Assembly: GCF_052425735.1 (NCBI RefSeq)
Contig: NC_135768.1
Location: forward strand, 9,424,001 to 9,488,000
Source of the DNA: Oculina patagonica
Taxonomy: Eukaryota
DNA: 64,000 bases
Direction: 5' to 3'
Shown here: piece after piece, positions 13,401 to 25,404 of the stretch
Position numbering within the stretch: the first letter of the stretch is position 1
How the letters are laid out: each line of letters opens with the position of its first letter
Translations under genes and position numbers: made by a program
The notes under the pieces: model-generated
The model's database searches: none
Told to the model about the DNA's origin: nothing
Seen by the model: only the letters and a program-made list of their open reading frames with translations

Positions 13401-16400
13401 TGGGCTTTTCGTAGTCGACCCAATTAGGCTTAATAATGTTGGAAGATGTTGGCTCTAACGTTCGCACAGTTTGACAAGGGCTAGAAAATATGAAAATAGA
13501 GTAACTTACGGGTGCATTTTACTTTGCAGCTCTGCTCGCTGACAAAGTTGTTTGCGTTTCCAAGGCAACCCAGCGAGTTGAAAGGTTTGCACGATTTGCT
13601 GCTAGCGTCGTAGTAAAATGACTCGTTGGCACGCTTCACGGAACTCGGTGCGATTCCATAGCCAATGGGATTCCAGATCTTCTTACAGATGTCGTTTGTC
13701 TCTGATGGAACTGCAAAACAATGATTGATAGAAATTATGAAAAGAAATTGGAATTAAGGTATCACAGAAGGAAAATTGGCGTTTTCGTTCCAAGTCAAAT
13801 TGCGTGCAAATCATCAATGATAACCCCAATAAAGTATATATTTTCTGAAAGCTTATTGAATAAAGATTGTAATTTTGGATTCTGTTTTGATCATATAGAC
13901 CATAATAAGCAATGCCAGCATTTTGTTTGCAATTATGTTGTGCAACATTAGGTTTATTTGAGAACACATTTACATGAGAGCCAAAACTTTTATGTGGAAT
14001 TTGATCTACATATATTGGTCTAAAAAACGGTCTCTCAGATTTTTCTTTTCTTGCTCCATTAATTTTTTATGAATTTTTAAACTTTAAAATGGCATTTTTA
14101 GGGCTTCTTTAGGATTAAAAATTCATAAAAAAATTAATGGAGAGCTAAGGCTACGTGATATCAGTGCCGCAAATTTATCAACGGATCTATTAAAAATATT
14201 TCCATATCACTGGTCACTTACCGCAATATTTCTCACACTCTGCTTGGTTGAATGTTGTATTTTTCACAGAACATTGTTTATCCACTTGGTCAAGATACTT
14301 GAAACAAGCATTCTTCGCGGCAGCATTGCCAGTAAAAATCTTGTCGTTGTTTTGCATATAAAAGGCTTCATCGAGAAATTGCGCACTTACTCCCTCACTG
14401 TATGGCATTGAACAGGGATTCACTGTAACCAAAATATATTAAAGGTTACATTTATGTTACACAATATGATNNNNNNNNNNNNNNNNNNNNNNNNNNNNNN
14501 NNNNNNNNNNNNNNNNNNNNNNNNNNNNNNNNNNNNNNNNNNNNNNNNNNNNNNNNNNNNNNNNNNNNNNNNNNNNNNNNNNNNNNNNNNNNNNNNNNNN
14601 NNNNNNNNNNNNNNNNNNNNNNNNNNNNNNNNNNNNNNNNNNNNNNNNNNCGTGGCTAGGCAACTTACCTATGTCGCATCCAGAGCCGTGGAATCCCGGT
14701 TTGCATGTGCACATCATTTTACTTGAAGTAGCGTTGTACTCACAGATACCACCAACTCCACAATCAGGAGAACACAATGCTAAAAAACAGTATTGCATTA
14801 AAAATAAAAAAAATTGATACTTCAAGAGCTTTCTAATAACACTTATGAAAAATAGCACTTCTTGTACTTGAAGAATTCCAATGTTCTTCGTTGGACCTTT
14901 TGCCCCAAATAGCACAGCGTTGTCCAAAAGTTACCTTCGGTTGCGTTTGTGTCCCAAATATTAACTTTCCAAAGGCGAAGTTATGGTAAACTAATTACAC
15001 CTGAACATGTTCTCCCTGAGTGTGTTTCTGCTCGTGAGCTCGAAAAAATGGCAGTTTGATTGTTTGTTTGTTTTTCAAAAATTGGCGTGCCAGTTTTGGA
15101 GCAAAAAGTATCTGAAGGAAGAACTTAGGGCCTGTTTATATGGAAGAGAGTTGTCCCTGGTAGGAGGGTTACCCTCCATACCGAGCCACCCCGGGCGAGA
15201 GAGCTTTTCATACGTTTCTTTATAAATATCTGCGAACTGTTTATATGAGAAATTGCAAAGTTGGCTCGGGGGGCAGGGTGACCCTGGGTGGAGGGTCACT
15301 CGCTTTGATGGTAGGGTGACCCTGGGGAGCGAGCCAACTTTTTTCCATATAAACAGTTTGGTTATTTTTGCCTCGCCTACCAGGGACAAGTTGACACACA
15401 CGGAGCATGCGCAAATGCTAGAATCGGCCAAAACAGCATCAAGTCGGCGGAAAATTTGTCTAAAATGGTCTTCGTCGATGTTTCAGCGTTCCTGATTTTA
15501 AAAAAGGCAGCCTTAATAGATATTTCAAAAAGCTCTCGCCAGTCTTTTGAACCGAGAGGGCCAAGTTTGGCTCGGTCAACAAGGACAACTTTCTCATATA
15601 AACGCTCGGTAAAAGATAGCTCGGGGGAAAGGGTTACCCTCCTACCAGGGACAACTCTCCTCCATATAAACAGGCCCTTAGTAAATAGCAAAAAACTTGC
15701 TCATGTGTCCGACTAAGCAAGAAATTCTTGTCAAGAAAGTAACAAACTTCGTGACGTTTCGCAAAATAACGCTGTACATAGTAGTAATAATACTTGTTAA
15801 AGGAACTTTTTATATTAATTTAAACGAACAAATGAACAATGTGAAAGAAAATTTGGTAAAGAAAACTAGGTAAAGAAAATTTTGCTGTTCGTTCACACCA
15901 TGAAATAAAAATTGTCAAAAAAACTTTTCAAGAAAAACTTAGTGCGTGCTATCGCCAAGAAAATATTTTTGAAGTTAATACTTTTTTCAGCGCTACAGCT
16001 AGCTGAAGTTCACTTACATTTTTCGCAGTTGGTGTTGCGGTCGTACCCAGCTGTACACTCACACACGTTTGGTAATTTACACGTTCCGCCATTTTGACAG
16101 TACGGATCACAAGTGGCTACCAAGATAAAATGCATAGAAATACATTAAAATAGAAACTAAAGGTAAAGTCTGCGCCAAGCCCAGTGGCCATACTGCCTGA
16201 GTTTATCGCGGTTTCTGAAGCATTAAGTGAAAAGGAGTATTTCTACTAACACCTGGATGGGATGCTAATCCATTGCAGGGTTACCCCTTTGCGGCCCCCC
16301 AGTAAGGTGTTCTTTTATGTAAGAAGACATGTGCAAACGTGCAAAGTTCCCTTTTTATCATACTCAGCCAAGTCAGTCTGACTTAAGTCCGAAATAACGG

Positions 16401-19400
16401 ACTTACGATTGACATGTTCATGCCTTACTGCCAATTTTTATTGTTTAAAAAATATTTACTGTTTTTATAAAGCTCTAGTGTATAATCAGAATCGTTCTGA
16501 AAAGGAACTCTTGAGAGTCGAGAGTCGCTCGTTTTGTCAAGCTTGCGCAGTAAGGAGCGAAGAGTCGAATTACGAGATAGGTATCATATCTCGAATCGAA
16601 CTCAAGATACTTTATGTTATAACTTACTGTGGGGGAACCACAGTAAAATAAAACCAAATTAAAAAGCAAAATGACGTCTAAGAGATGATGAGCGCGCCAC
16701 TGTCGGCGTTTTTTTTGTGGGAAAAAAAAAAATTGCGAGGCAAGTGGCACGGGGAAAGGGTTCCGAGAACCAGCGCCTATACGTGAAGACCAATATCACT
16801 GCAGAATAAAGCCCTTTTTCTTACCTCTGTCGCAAAGATCTCCAGCCCAGCCTCCGCTACAAACACATTCGTTGTTCACGCACGCTGCTCCATTTTGGCA
16901 GTTCTTGGTACATTTTGCTAAGCGAAATAAAGATAAAATAAATTAGTCGTTGATTACACATTGTTGAGTAAAATCACTGCAATTTGATGAATCATAAAAA
17001 CAATCGTTTCATATAGTTTGCGCTGCCATGAAATTGTCAGATCGAGAGATCAAAATCTATTTCCTTTCAGACGGGAACTGCTCATTTCTAGACGATAAGT
17101 GCAGTTGCCCACGAAGTCATCAACGATCAAACAGAGGTACCAAACAAAACGTAATGTTTTTCTCCTCTGCGGCTCAATAAAACTCGGGTAATATGGCTTT
17201 GGCGAATAACTGTTAATTAGTGTGGGGAGGGACCTATGACAGAAATCCGGCAAAAAGCTGTTTATAGCCTGTGTGGCAGGCGTCGAAAAGAAAGAAGAGA
17301 TTGCTGGCTGTTAAAAATCTTTTACTTACGGTTTTGGCAGTGGTCTCCTTCCCAGTCTCCTGTACACTGACACTGTCCATTTTTACAGATGCCGTCATGC
17401 AAACATTCAGGGTTGCATTTCTCTGAAACAGTAAACAACATGCACAATTCAAAACGTTACTTTGGACATGTTGGAGACATTAATTGAGTCGTCACTCAAC
17501 GCTTACCAGGATCGTTGCGTGACGCTTTTAAATACCCTTTTGCTGTGATAAATAACGGGGGAGAAAGATAAGGAGGTACAGGATATTAGTGGAGACGTTA
17601 CTTGAATAGTCACACAACGCTTACCAGAATCGTTGCGTGACGCTTCAATTAACGATTGCGAGAAAAGACCCTTTGACTGAAAGGGAGTTACAGGCATATA
17701 AGTGGAGGCGTTACTTGAATCGTCACACAACGCTTACGAGAATCGCTGCGTGACGCTTCAAATAACGACTGCGAGAAAATACCATTTGACTGAAGAAAGG
17801 TACAGGTATATTAGTGGAAGCGCACCAAAAAAACATTCCAAATACATATCAGGAATTGTCTGGATGCTATAACGTCACTGGTCTGTTAACGAAAAAGATA
17901 GCCATCCATTGTTCTCAATTTACGCTTTGATTGGTCAACTTTCTTCAAGTGGCCCGGTTTGAGTAGCCGCACTTTAAACGTGGGGGGAGGGGGGTGACGT
18001 TAACTCCTTATATTTATTTTCAAACCTACCTTGTTTACAGTCGATCCCAGTCCACCCATCGGGACAGACACACGTATTGTTGACGCATGTTCCGCCGTTT
18101 GCGCACATTGGAACACAGACGCTGTCGTCATTCTGTACCGGAAATTGACGCTGCGCGTTTGACCTTCTTAACGCTCCGTACGGATCATCTGAAAAAGAAA
18201 GTTAAATATGGGTTATTTACTAAACGTGGGGTGGATATTGGTGAAGTTTTTTTGTATGTTTGTGGACCGAGTGTTTATGGTCCATAATCAGCCGTTTAAA
18301 ATCCAGCCATCTTGACGGAACAAGTTTGGTCAATAAAAGACTTATTATTTGGCGCAAAGAACACCATATTTTCCTGGCGGAACCTATCGGGCAATCCCGA
18401 GCGGGCAAGACAGCCCCATATTGCCCGCTCGAGTATCCAACTGCGGCGCTGGATTTGGTTTATCTTGCCCTCTCGCAGAGCTAGCCATATAATAAAAATC
18501 GTAATGTAGCCGGCTATTTTAAGATTTGTTCAAAACTACTATGTTATGAACAGAGGAAATATACTCTGAAAGGAAGACCTTAGCATAATATAACTATTTA
18601 GAGGAGAGGTTTTAACTTCAAGTGCGTATAAACTAGCGTGTCCTTATGGCGAGAAAACGACGGTGTTAGCTGTTGTCACTTTAACTAAAAAAAAAAATTT
18701 CTGCATTGCGCTAATCCATAGACATTGTCCGACGGAAGCCCACTTTTGTGTGTTTGTGAAAATGCCCTAGTATCGTAGACCAGTTTTCGAAATAAAGATG
18801 AATTCGTTCTTTAAAAATCATGAAACCATGCAACTTGTGTCTTCAATGAACTCGACCTTCTCGATTTTGTCGATTACTAAGTTTTATTAAACTAAAACTT
18901 TGTTAGAACAGTGCGATCCCGATTTTTCGAACCTTCAAGAAAAACGAAATTTAGTTTGAGAAATTGGAAGTTTGAAAAAAACGTTAAATTGTAGTCGTCT
19001 ACTTAGTGAAGCGAATCCAAGGGAACGAATTTTGATTCGAGTTATCGGAAGGTTCGAGTAATCAGGATTTCACCTTTTTTTCGCTGAAAATTTAAAGAAG
19101 CAATATCAAGTTTATAAGGCCAAATATGGTACGAATGGTTTTTTTTTTATGTGGGGAATTAATGACAAAATTTGAAAATAGTGAAAGTAATTTCTTGTCT
19201 AGCCGCGAAAATTAACTTTATTATGCCAAAATACTACTGTTTTTATTAGTTTTTCCGCGGGGGTTTATGGCAAAAATGTGATGTGCCCAAATGAATGAAA
19301 GCTGTATTTTGATTCCTTGTCTAGCCGTGAAAATTAACTTTTTTAGTCACGTGATACAGGGTTCTGACGTCAAGCACCACATAGCAACCAAGAACAAAAT

Positions 19401-21258
19401 GGTTGCTACGCTCGCGTTTCTATCAAAGAAAAAATTTAATTTTCATTTTTACGATTTCGTTTGCCTTTTTCCCATTAATCTCACAGAAATCGTCCGCGAA
19501 TTTGGAGAGTAAATATTTTGAACTGAATGATTTAATTTCAAGCTAGAACCTAGGCTTAGGCTTTTTAATATAACTTGCGTTTATAAAATACTAAAATTTT
19601 ATTTGTGAATTATTTTTCAAGACAGGGCCTTCACAGTATAATGTGTTTTCTAATTTTTGCTCAGACACCTTTTTTTACTTTCTTGGGTCTTAATTACTGA
19701 ATTTGTCCTGTTTCTAAAAATCCGAAAAATCTTTCGTGTTTATTATTTTTTTCCGCCGATTTACGTTTTCTAGTCATTGTAATTGTCATAAAACCGCAAT
19801 ACTATTTTTTTAATCCTACACTGGAAATACAACATAAAAAGATGAACAAAATCAGGTTGACAATATATTTCGATTTAAATGAAGTAAGAGCAAGTCATTA
19901 GCTAGGGGCAGTAAATCTTTAATATTAAAGTCGCACAAGTTTTTAAAAAAGCAGAGAATTATCGCGCACGAAAATCGAACATATTTTAAAAATAATACTA
20001 TCTTAATGCACTCTGTCCTAGATAATATCGTGAGCTGAATATGGTTTAAAAAATAAGCAAAGTTATATAACCCGCGCAGCATCTTTCTTACAATTGAAGA
20101 TGAAATATGAACATTTACAATGGTAAATACAAGAAATGTACACGCGTTTACTTACAACTTCGGAAAGACCTCTGATTTCTTTCTAAGTCGGCCAGGCCAT
20201 CAACTTCTGCTTCAAACGTTTCGGGCAATTCATTCCTGCTAAAAAATATTTCAAAAACATAGTTACATAACGAACTAGAGAACTTAGATCTATTACCGCC
20301 TTTATTTTGTAGAAAAATATAACATCATTTTTAAGTCATTTTCAAAGCGAGAAATGGGAAAATATACCGTCCACATTTGTGTAAATAGCCCGCAATTTGT
20401 TCAATTTGTACGAAAGAAGGGTTGTTTTTTTTTCTCTCTCTCTCTCTTAGCTGAGTTATCGATATTGGTCTTAAACACGTACTTATAATACAAGTTTTTT
20501 CTTTTGTTGAGATTTATTTGTACCAATAGGTTTGTATCGTAATTGAATAATATAAAGAAAAATCTGAAAAAACCAGGGACGTAACGCATGAAAAACATTA
20601 ACTCTTGTAAAAGAAAGGACTCCAAACCTTTCTGACTACTTTCGTTCAATTTTCCGGTTTTAAACGAAATGAAGCAAATGTCAGAAAATTATTTTTTGAG
20701 CGAAAATATCAATTTCAATACTCTGGAAGATTATAGCTTTTTCGTTATGTTTAAAAGTTGAACCATATCTCTTCAAAATTTTGAGGAAGAACTCGAACGG
20801 TTTAACAAGATTCTTCATTGAATTCACGATTTTTCTCGATTGTGAAATCAACAAGCGACAATCATTTAAAAATAAGACAATTTTTACAGTTTTTAGAAAT
20901 ACTTCATGACAAATGAAGCACACTAATCATCCTTCTTCAATTTTTTTTACATTTTTCCTTTATCTATCAATTCGCAATATTTTCCTAATCTTTTGCTCTC
21001 CCAGGATGGATTAAGCTTATGTAACACGGCATCACTCTCGTACAATTTTACTCGCATTTCCTGACATTTCCAGACGGTTAAAATAACAGGTTAAGTCTTA
21101 AAGAGAAAACTTTAGAGCGAATTTTAAGCCAAAACAACGCCCAAACATAGATATTAAAAAATCAGCATTTACCTTATTCCATCGGCAAATCCAACCGCGA
21201 GAAACAGGGTTAAGAAAACGATACGGGTCACTGTGTGAAATCGCGTTGTTTTACGCAT
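282..21258 (-). CDS. Gel-forming mucin-like / VWF-family secreted protein (5' part): signal peptide - 5xEGF - 2x Kunitz-like - D1-D2-D'-D3 (VWD-C8-TIL); continues beyond window start
   Basis: 24 GT-AG exons join in one frame: 21258-21173 (MRKTTRFHTVTRIVFLTLFLAVGFADGI, signal peptide), 20238-20156, 18188-18030, 17422-17330, 16917-16825, 16116-16018, 14779-14669 (the last five each carry one EGF), 14422-14222, 13710-13510 (Kunitz-like), 12755-12714, 12226-11922, 11190-10668, 9877-9640, 8644-8598, 7947-7574, 7132-6646, 6119-6002, 5338-5192, 4647-4598, 3869-3644, 3046-2852, 2153-1910, 1222-970, 488-282. Phases were checked at each junction. Motifs: NTFD/GDPHVTTFDG/YRTFDG, GLCG/CGLCG/GICG, TIL (ECGSSCPLTC) and the MUC2-like C8 segment CLCHKGGDCACFCSAVASY. 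Confidence 0.9.
1590..1780. repeat. Minisatellite, ~16-bp unit (GTTAATTATGCGGCTA)
   Basis: About a dozen degenerate tandem copies inside a mucin-gene intron. Confidence 0.85.
5526..5566. repeat. (CGAA)n microsatellite
   Basis: About 10 perfect CGAA units. Confidence 0.95.
5596..5900. repeat. Tandem duplication (~143-bp unit) rich in GACTGAGT motifs
   Basis: GAGTGACTAAAGGACTTTACTTAGCAGCGG recurs at ~5598 and ~5739, with similarity continuing downstream. Confidence 0.75.
7468..7499. repeat. (GAT)n microsatellite
   Basis: About 10 GAT units. Confidence 0.95.
10017..10300. repeat. Degenerate minisatellite (TCACGATCTATG-like units)
   Basis: Recurrent TGTCACGA/TCTATG motifs in an intron. Confidence 0.55.
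11713..11785 (+). pseudogene. tRNA-derived sequence (pseudo-tRNA or SINE head)
   Basis: Pol III A-box-like TGGTGTAGTGG and B-box GGTTCGATCTC at tRNA spacing, followed by a T-run. The acceptor and anticodon stems do not close cleanly. Confidence 0.55.
14471..14650. other. Assembly gap (180 N)
   Basis: Run of N inside the intron between EGF5 and the first Kunitz-like exon; it could hide additional phase-1 exons. Confidence 1.
15128..15677. mobile_element. PIF/Harbinger-type MITE
   Basis: TIR GGGCCTGTTTATATGG...AGAGTTGTCCCTGGTAGGAGGGT / ACCCTCCTACCAGGGACAACTCT...CCATATAAACAGGCCC; TTA target duplication at 15125-15127 and 15678-15680. Confidence 0.9.
16175..16290 (-). mobile_element. Fragment of a tRNA-derived SINE
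   Basis: GGAGTATTTCTACT...CCTGGATGGGATGCTA.TCCAT..CAGGGT is shared with the copy at ~30337-30435. Confidence 0.6.
17495..17822. repeat. Tandem repeat, ~115-bp unit x3
   Basis: CAACGCTTAC.AG.ATCG.TGCGTGACGCTT at ~17497, ~17615 and ~17728. Confidence 0.85.
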
Positions 21259-23368
21259 TCTATTACAAAATGATTTCTTTTTTGTGTTTTTGCCCCCCTT
21301 GATTTCAATCTTGGTATAACTTAGCGAGTTAACCAGGCTTTTTTCTGCCTTTTAGGTTTCTTCCTTCAGGCCGGGTTCGGGGGCTGAAAACTTGTGGCCT
21401 GTAATAATGTTGATGGTTTCAGCTAAAGTAAATTTAACTCCACTAACAAACAGCGATTTTCTGCTCAGCCAATAAGGTTTAAGGGGTGATCAAAAGATGG
21501 TTTCAAAAAGGTTTTCTTAGTCATGGTGACACACAATTTTCGTCACCTTATCCCACAAATATCAGGAAAATCGCAAAATGCGCCGTCTCCTTAGAGATTT
21601 TCGCATTGTCCTCGTAAAGAATGCTGCCTTTTAGCCACTAACCGTCCGAGATTTCCTCAAATACAATCAAAAATCAAAAACGCAATTACCTAAATAAACA
21701 GCGTAATTCATTTCTGCTTTTGCTCGGGGAAAAACAAGTAAAAATATAGCACGAATAATGAAATCTTCGTTGTTATATTCTAAAATCACAGTCGTATTTT
21801 GCGTTTTTGGCAAAAGTTGACCTCAAAGTAGAATTCCGCCGGGGCAATTATTCGGCCATGACTGAAAGTATAAAAAATGAACCTCGCGAAACATCTTTTA
21901 AAAAAACCTCGAAAAAGTCCGGAAAAAATATCCCTTTAGTAAACCTAAAAGAATTCTCGTTATTGGGACGGGTGGAAAAATTCTCATAACTAAACTTTCT
22001 AGAGAAATCTGCTTACGCGTGATTTTCGCAAATTATTGCCTGTCCAAAAAAACGCATGTAATAGAATATGACAATTTATTTCCTCCTAATCCCGAAATCT
22101 TAAGAAAATGAAATACCGCTAAAAATGTCCACTGAAATCATTTGTCATGGCCAGTTCTAGTTTTGACTGATTACAACTCTATGCATTTTGTTATATTTTT
22201 CGCGTTTAAGAACCCAATACACTTATACGCCTTTATTCGTCCTCAAAACAACAATAAATAAGTCATTCCAAATAACTTTATGCATGTATTCTTTCTCTAT
22301 CTTGTTTAAAATCATTCTAAATCTTTATACTCAAATCTTAACACTGTCATTTTGAGCAAAACAAAAGATTTTCTCTATTATTCACATTTAATCGAGGCAT
22401 GCGCCAAAAAGAAAAAAAGGAGGCGTCTGGAGCGGCAACCAAAAAACTTGCGATTTTCGGTTTATTTTTTATCAAACAAAATATTACTTCTGAACTCCGG
22501 TATTATTTTTCAATTTCCTTCTTTTTCTACGACAATTTCGCTATCAAACTGCTTTAGGGCTCAGAAATATAATATTAGGCGAGATGTTTTAAAAATTCGT
22601 CATGATTTTTCATGGGTCGGTCGCGCGATTTATGATTTCAAAATGATTTCATGACAAGAGTGGGTGGCCATCTTAAGCCATTTTTATCATTTCAGTTTTT
22701 TTGATAATAGCCAAAGCAGTAAGGAAACCATTAAGGCATTAAAATTAGATTCATTGCTATTGTTGATCAAATTTGGGAAGAAAGACGTTTAGAAGGTTCA
22801 AGGATTTCACATTAACACCCCCAGATTAACAGAGAGCTTGTCTCAACTTAAAAAGAGTTCGAGACATTCCACGGCGTTGTTAGGTCTTGAAACGACAAGA
22901 AAATGTTTATTGTTGCTAAAACAATTATTTTGTAAAACTTTATTACAAATTTCTCGCAAGTACAACTTTTACCGCCAATAAGAAATTTTTAGCGTTTAAC
23001 TCTTATAATTCGCACTTCCAATATCCAGACAACACTCTCTGTGATAAATATAGCCGATATTTTAAACTAAACGAAGCAAACCTCCGAATTAAAAAAAAAA
23101 CATGTCTTTCCACCTCACTTGGACAAACAAACATTTCTGAGAAAATCTCATTTTCATCGTTGTCAAGTTGTTGAAACTACGCCCACATGAATACAAAATA
23201 CCTGCAGCTACACACCGGAAGCACGTGCAATACGCACAACGTTCACGTGATCATATTATTGGCGGGCTGATCTCGTTGCCATGAACACGATACATAAACG
23301 ATAAGTATGGGGACTCCGACCTTCAAGCTGAAATCACGTTCAATGCGCTCTCGGTTCACGTGAAAAAA

Positions 23369-23805
23369 CCCCGGGGGGGGCACTCCCATACATGAGCTAT
23401 ATAGGTATGTGCCGCTGTGAAGGGTATGGTTTTCAAGCAGTTTAGTCTGGGATAGGGTATAGAAATCAGAGAGTTTTGGTCTAGAAAAGGGTAGCATTTG
23501 CCGGGAAACCGATCGACGGTGACAAATATAGTCCAGAAACTCGGAAGAGAAAGAGGCTTTCCTAAACGTAAATAAAATCATCGCGGCATCGTTGTTCACA
23601 GATGGTTTTCCATTAAAACACTGATAATGATACAGTTCTAACAAAATGCAAGTCTGGGATAGGGTAGGGATTTTCAGTGTCTAGTCTAGTATAGGGTTGC
23701 AAAAATCAGCTGAACATGGTCTGGTTTAGGGTAAGGGCTTCAAATTCCCAGCGGCACACCCCCACCCAAAAATATACCGGGTGCCCCCCTCCCCCCCCCC
23801 GGGGG
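23369..23805. mobile_element. Non-autonomous DNA transposon with CCCCGGGG...CCCCGGGG termini (EnSpm/CACTA-like)
   Basis: Ends CCCCGGGGGGGGCAC and GTGCCCCCC...CCCCGGGGG, internal repeated GGGATAGGGTA motifs, A-run flanks. Confidence 0.65.
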
Positions 23806-24850
23806 AAAAACTATCAGTGACGCACTTTGAGCCCAGGCTCCCAAGTGAACGCTCCATTGTGATATGGGCGCTATGATTATTTTATCATGTTTTCGACAAG
23901 GAGGTCATCCCATGTTTATGAGCTACACTTTGGTGTACAGAGTTCAACTTGGGAGTTCAACGCACATTCCTCTTTCGTTAACAGTCGACGCCATTTTAGC
24001 GAGAAAAGGAATTTTTTGCTATCATCGATTTTTTTTTCTACAAAGTGAACCTAACTTAGGTCTAATCATTACCGCCTTAACAAGCCCCAACTCATTATGT
24101 AATAATGAGAACACAGGACATCTGTCTTACTTTAGGCTATCACTAAAGAACGTCTGTCTAGGCTTTTTTATTTCGTGAATATGGATCAAAATTGCACAAT
24201 GATCGTCAGCAAATACAAGATGATTTAAAACTACACTGTACAGATCCCTACGGCCACGATTATTTGCAAGCAGAACGGGAACCGCGCAAGAAAAACCTCT
24301 GGCACCCGGGGGTCTAAAATTGATTTCTACTCACAATCTAAACGCAATTTTTCGTGTCTTTCTGCCTGAAACGGCGTTTATTTTCTGGTTCCACTTCTTT
24401 AGCAGAAATCGGCCGTCCATACATTTTTTTTTCTATTTTTATTTACACACATAGATCTACGCACGCATAATTAGTCGACAGTGGAGATACACGTTCAGGC
24501 TATCGGCTCAGTGATGGGCACAGGGAGGGACCAGTTGCAGTGACATGTGGTGGGGCCATCGCAACATGTACACACACAAGAACATGAGTAGTTGCGTTTC
24601 AGCACACACAAGGGGACGTGTCGCCTCAACATGGCCCGCTACATTTTCTTGTGTGTACATGTTGTGATGCCCCTGCGACTTGTCCCTTCGTGTGTAATAA
24701 AACTACGCATCGTCTATTAAATCAATTGTTATTTAGCAAGCTTAACCGGGAAGATAAAAATCTCACATAAGCAAGGAGGAAAAACTTGGTCGTAAGAAAG
24801 AAATGAGCGATTGATTCGCACCCTTGTTTTTTCTCGTGTTTCGACCATAG

Positions 24851-24899
24851 CAACCTCGTTCCCAGACATACAGGAACAGACACACTGGGAACGAGGTTG
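24851..24899. mobile_element. Miniature palindromic element (CAACCTCGTTCCCAG TIR)
   Basis: CAACCTCGTTCCCAG...CTGGGAACGAGGTTG; related to the copies at 27112 and 35821. Confidence 0.7.
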
Positions 24900-25404
24900 C
24901 AACTAGCGATATACGAAAACTAGCCTGCGCGACATTTTCTATTTCCTTTGCCTCCCGCATGAAACAAAGGAAATGGATGTCTTCACTAAAACAAAACGAG
25001 AGCTAAAATTCCAAATGCAAATATAACGTACTAAACTCACCTTTTAATATGACTGTAATCAGTGCATCCCACTTGCAGTAAGGCCTTGGCTACGAATACA
25101 TTTTAATGACGTCAGCGGGACAAACCGACCACACCAGGTGACTCCAAACGATTTGACCGCGGCTAAAAATGGGACCTAAAAACAAGGCAAACTTGCATCT
25201 TTTTGTCCAATGTTTATTTTCTTATCTGGTGCATTTTGACATAGTCGGAATATAGAACCAAAAATCTACAAGAACAGTGAAATCTTCTGTCGCTACACGA
25301 AAATGAAGTTTTCAGTTGTGATTTCATCTTATAAACGTCTTTTTGTACAAGTTGGTTTCTTCACCGTAACTCAGCAAAATTAACTCTTGACTCCACCATT
25401 CTCA

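Noticed and set aside
13246-13480. ORF 'MRTLEPTSS...' as a mucin exon
   Set aside because: It would need a 29-nt intron, and the correct phase hits a TAG stop; exon 13510 splices cleanly to 12755 instead.
15075-15716. Four overlapping ~100-aa ORFs
   Set aside because: They lie within a MITE with internal repeats; no transposase motifs.
17495-17822. CRISPR-like repeat-spacer array
   Set aside because: The 'spacers' are homologous to each other; it is a simple tandem repeat in a eukaryotic intron with no cas genes.
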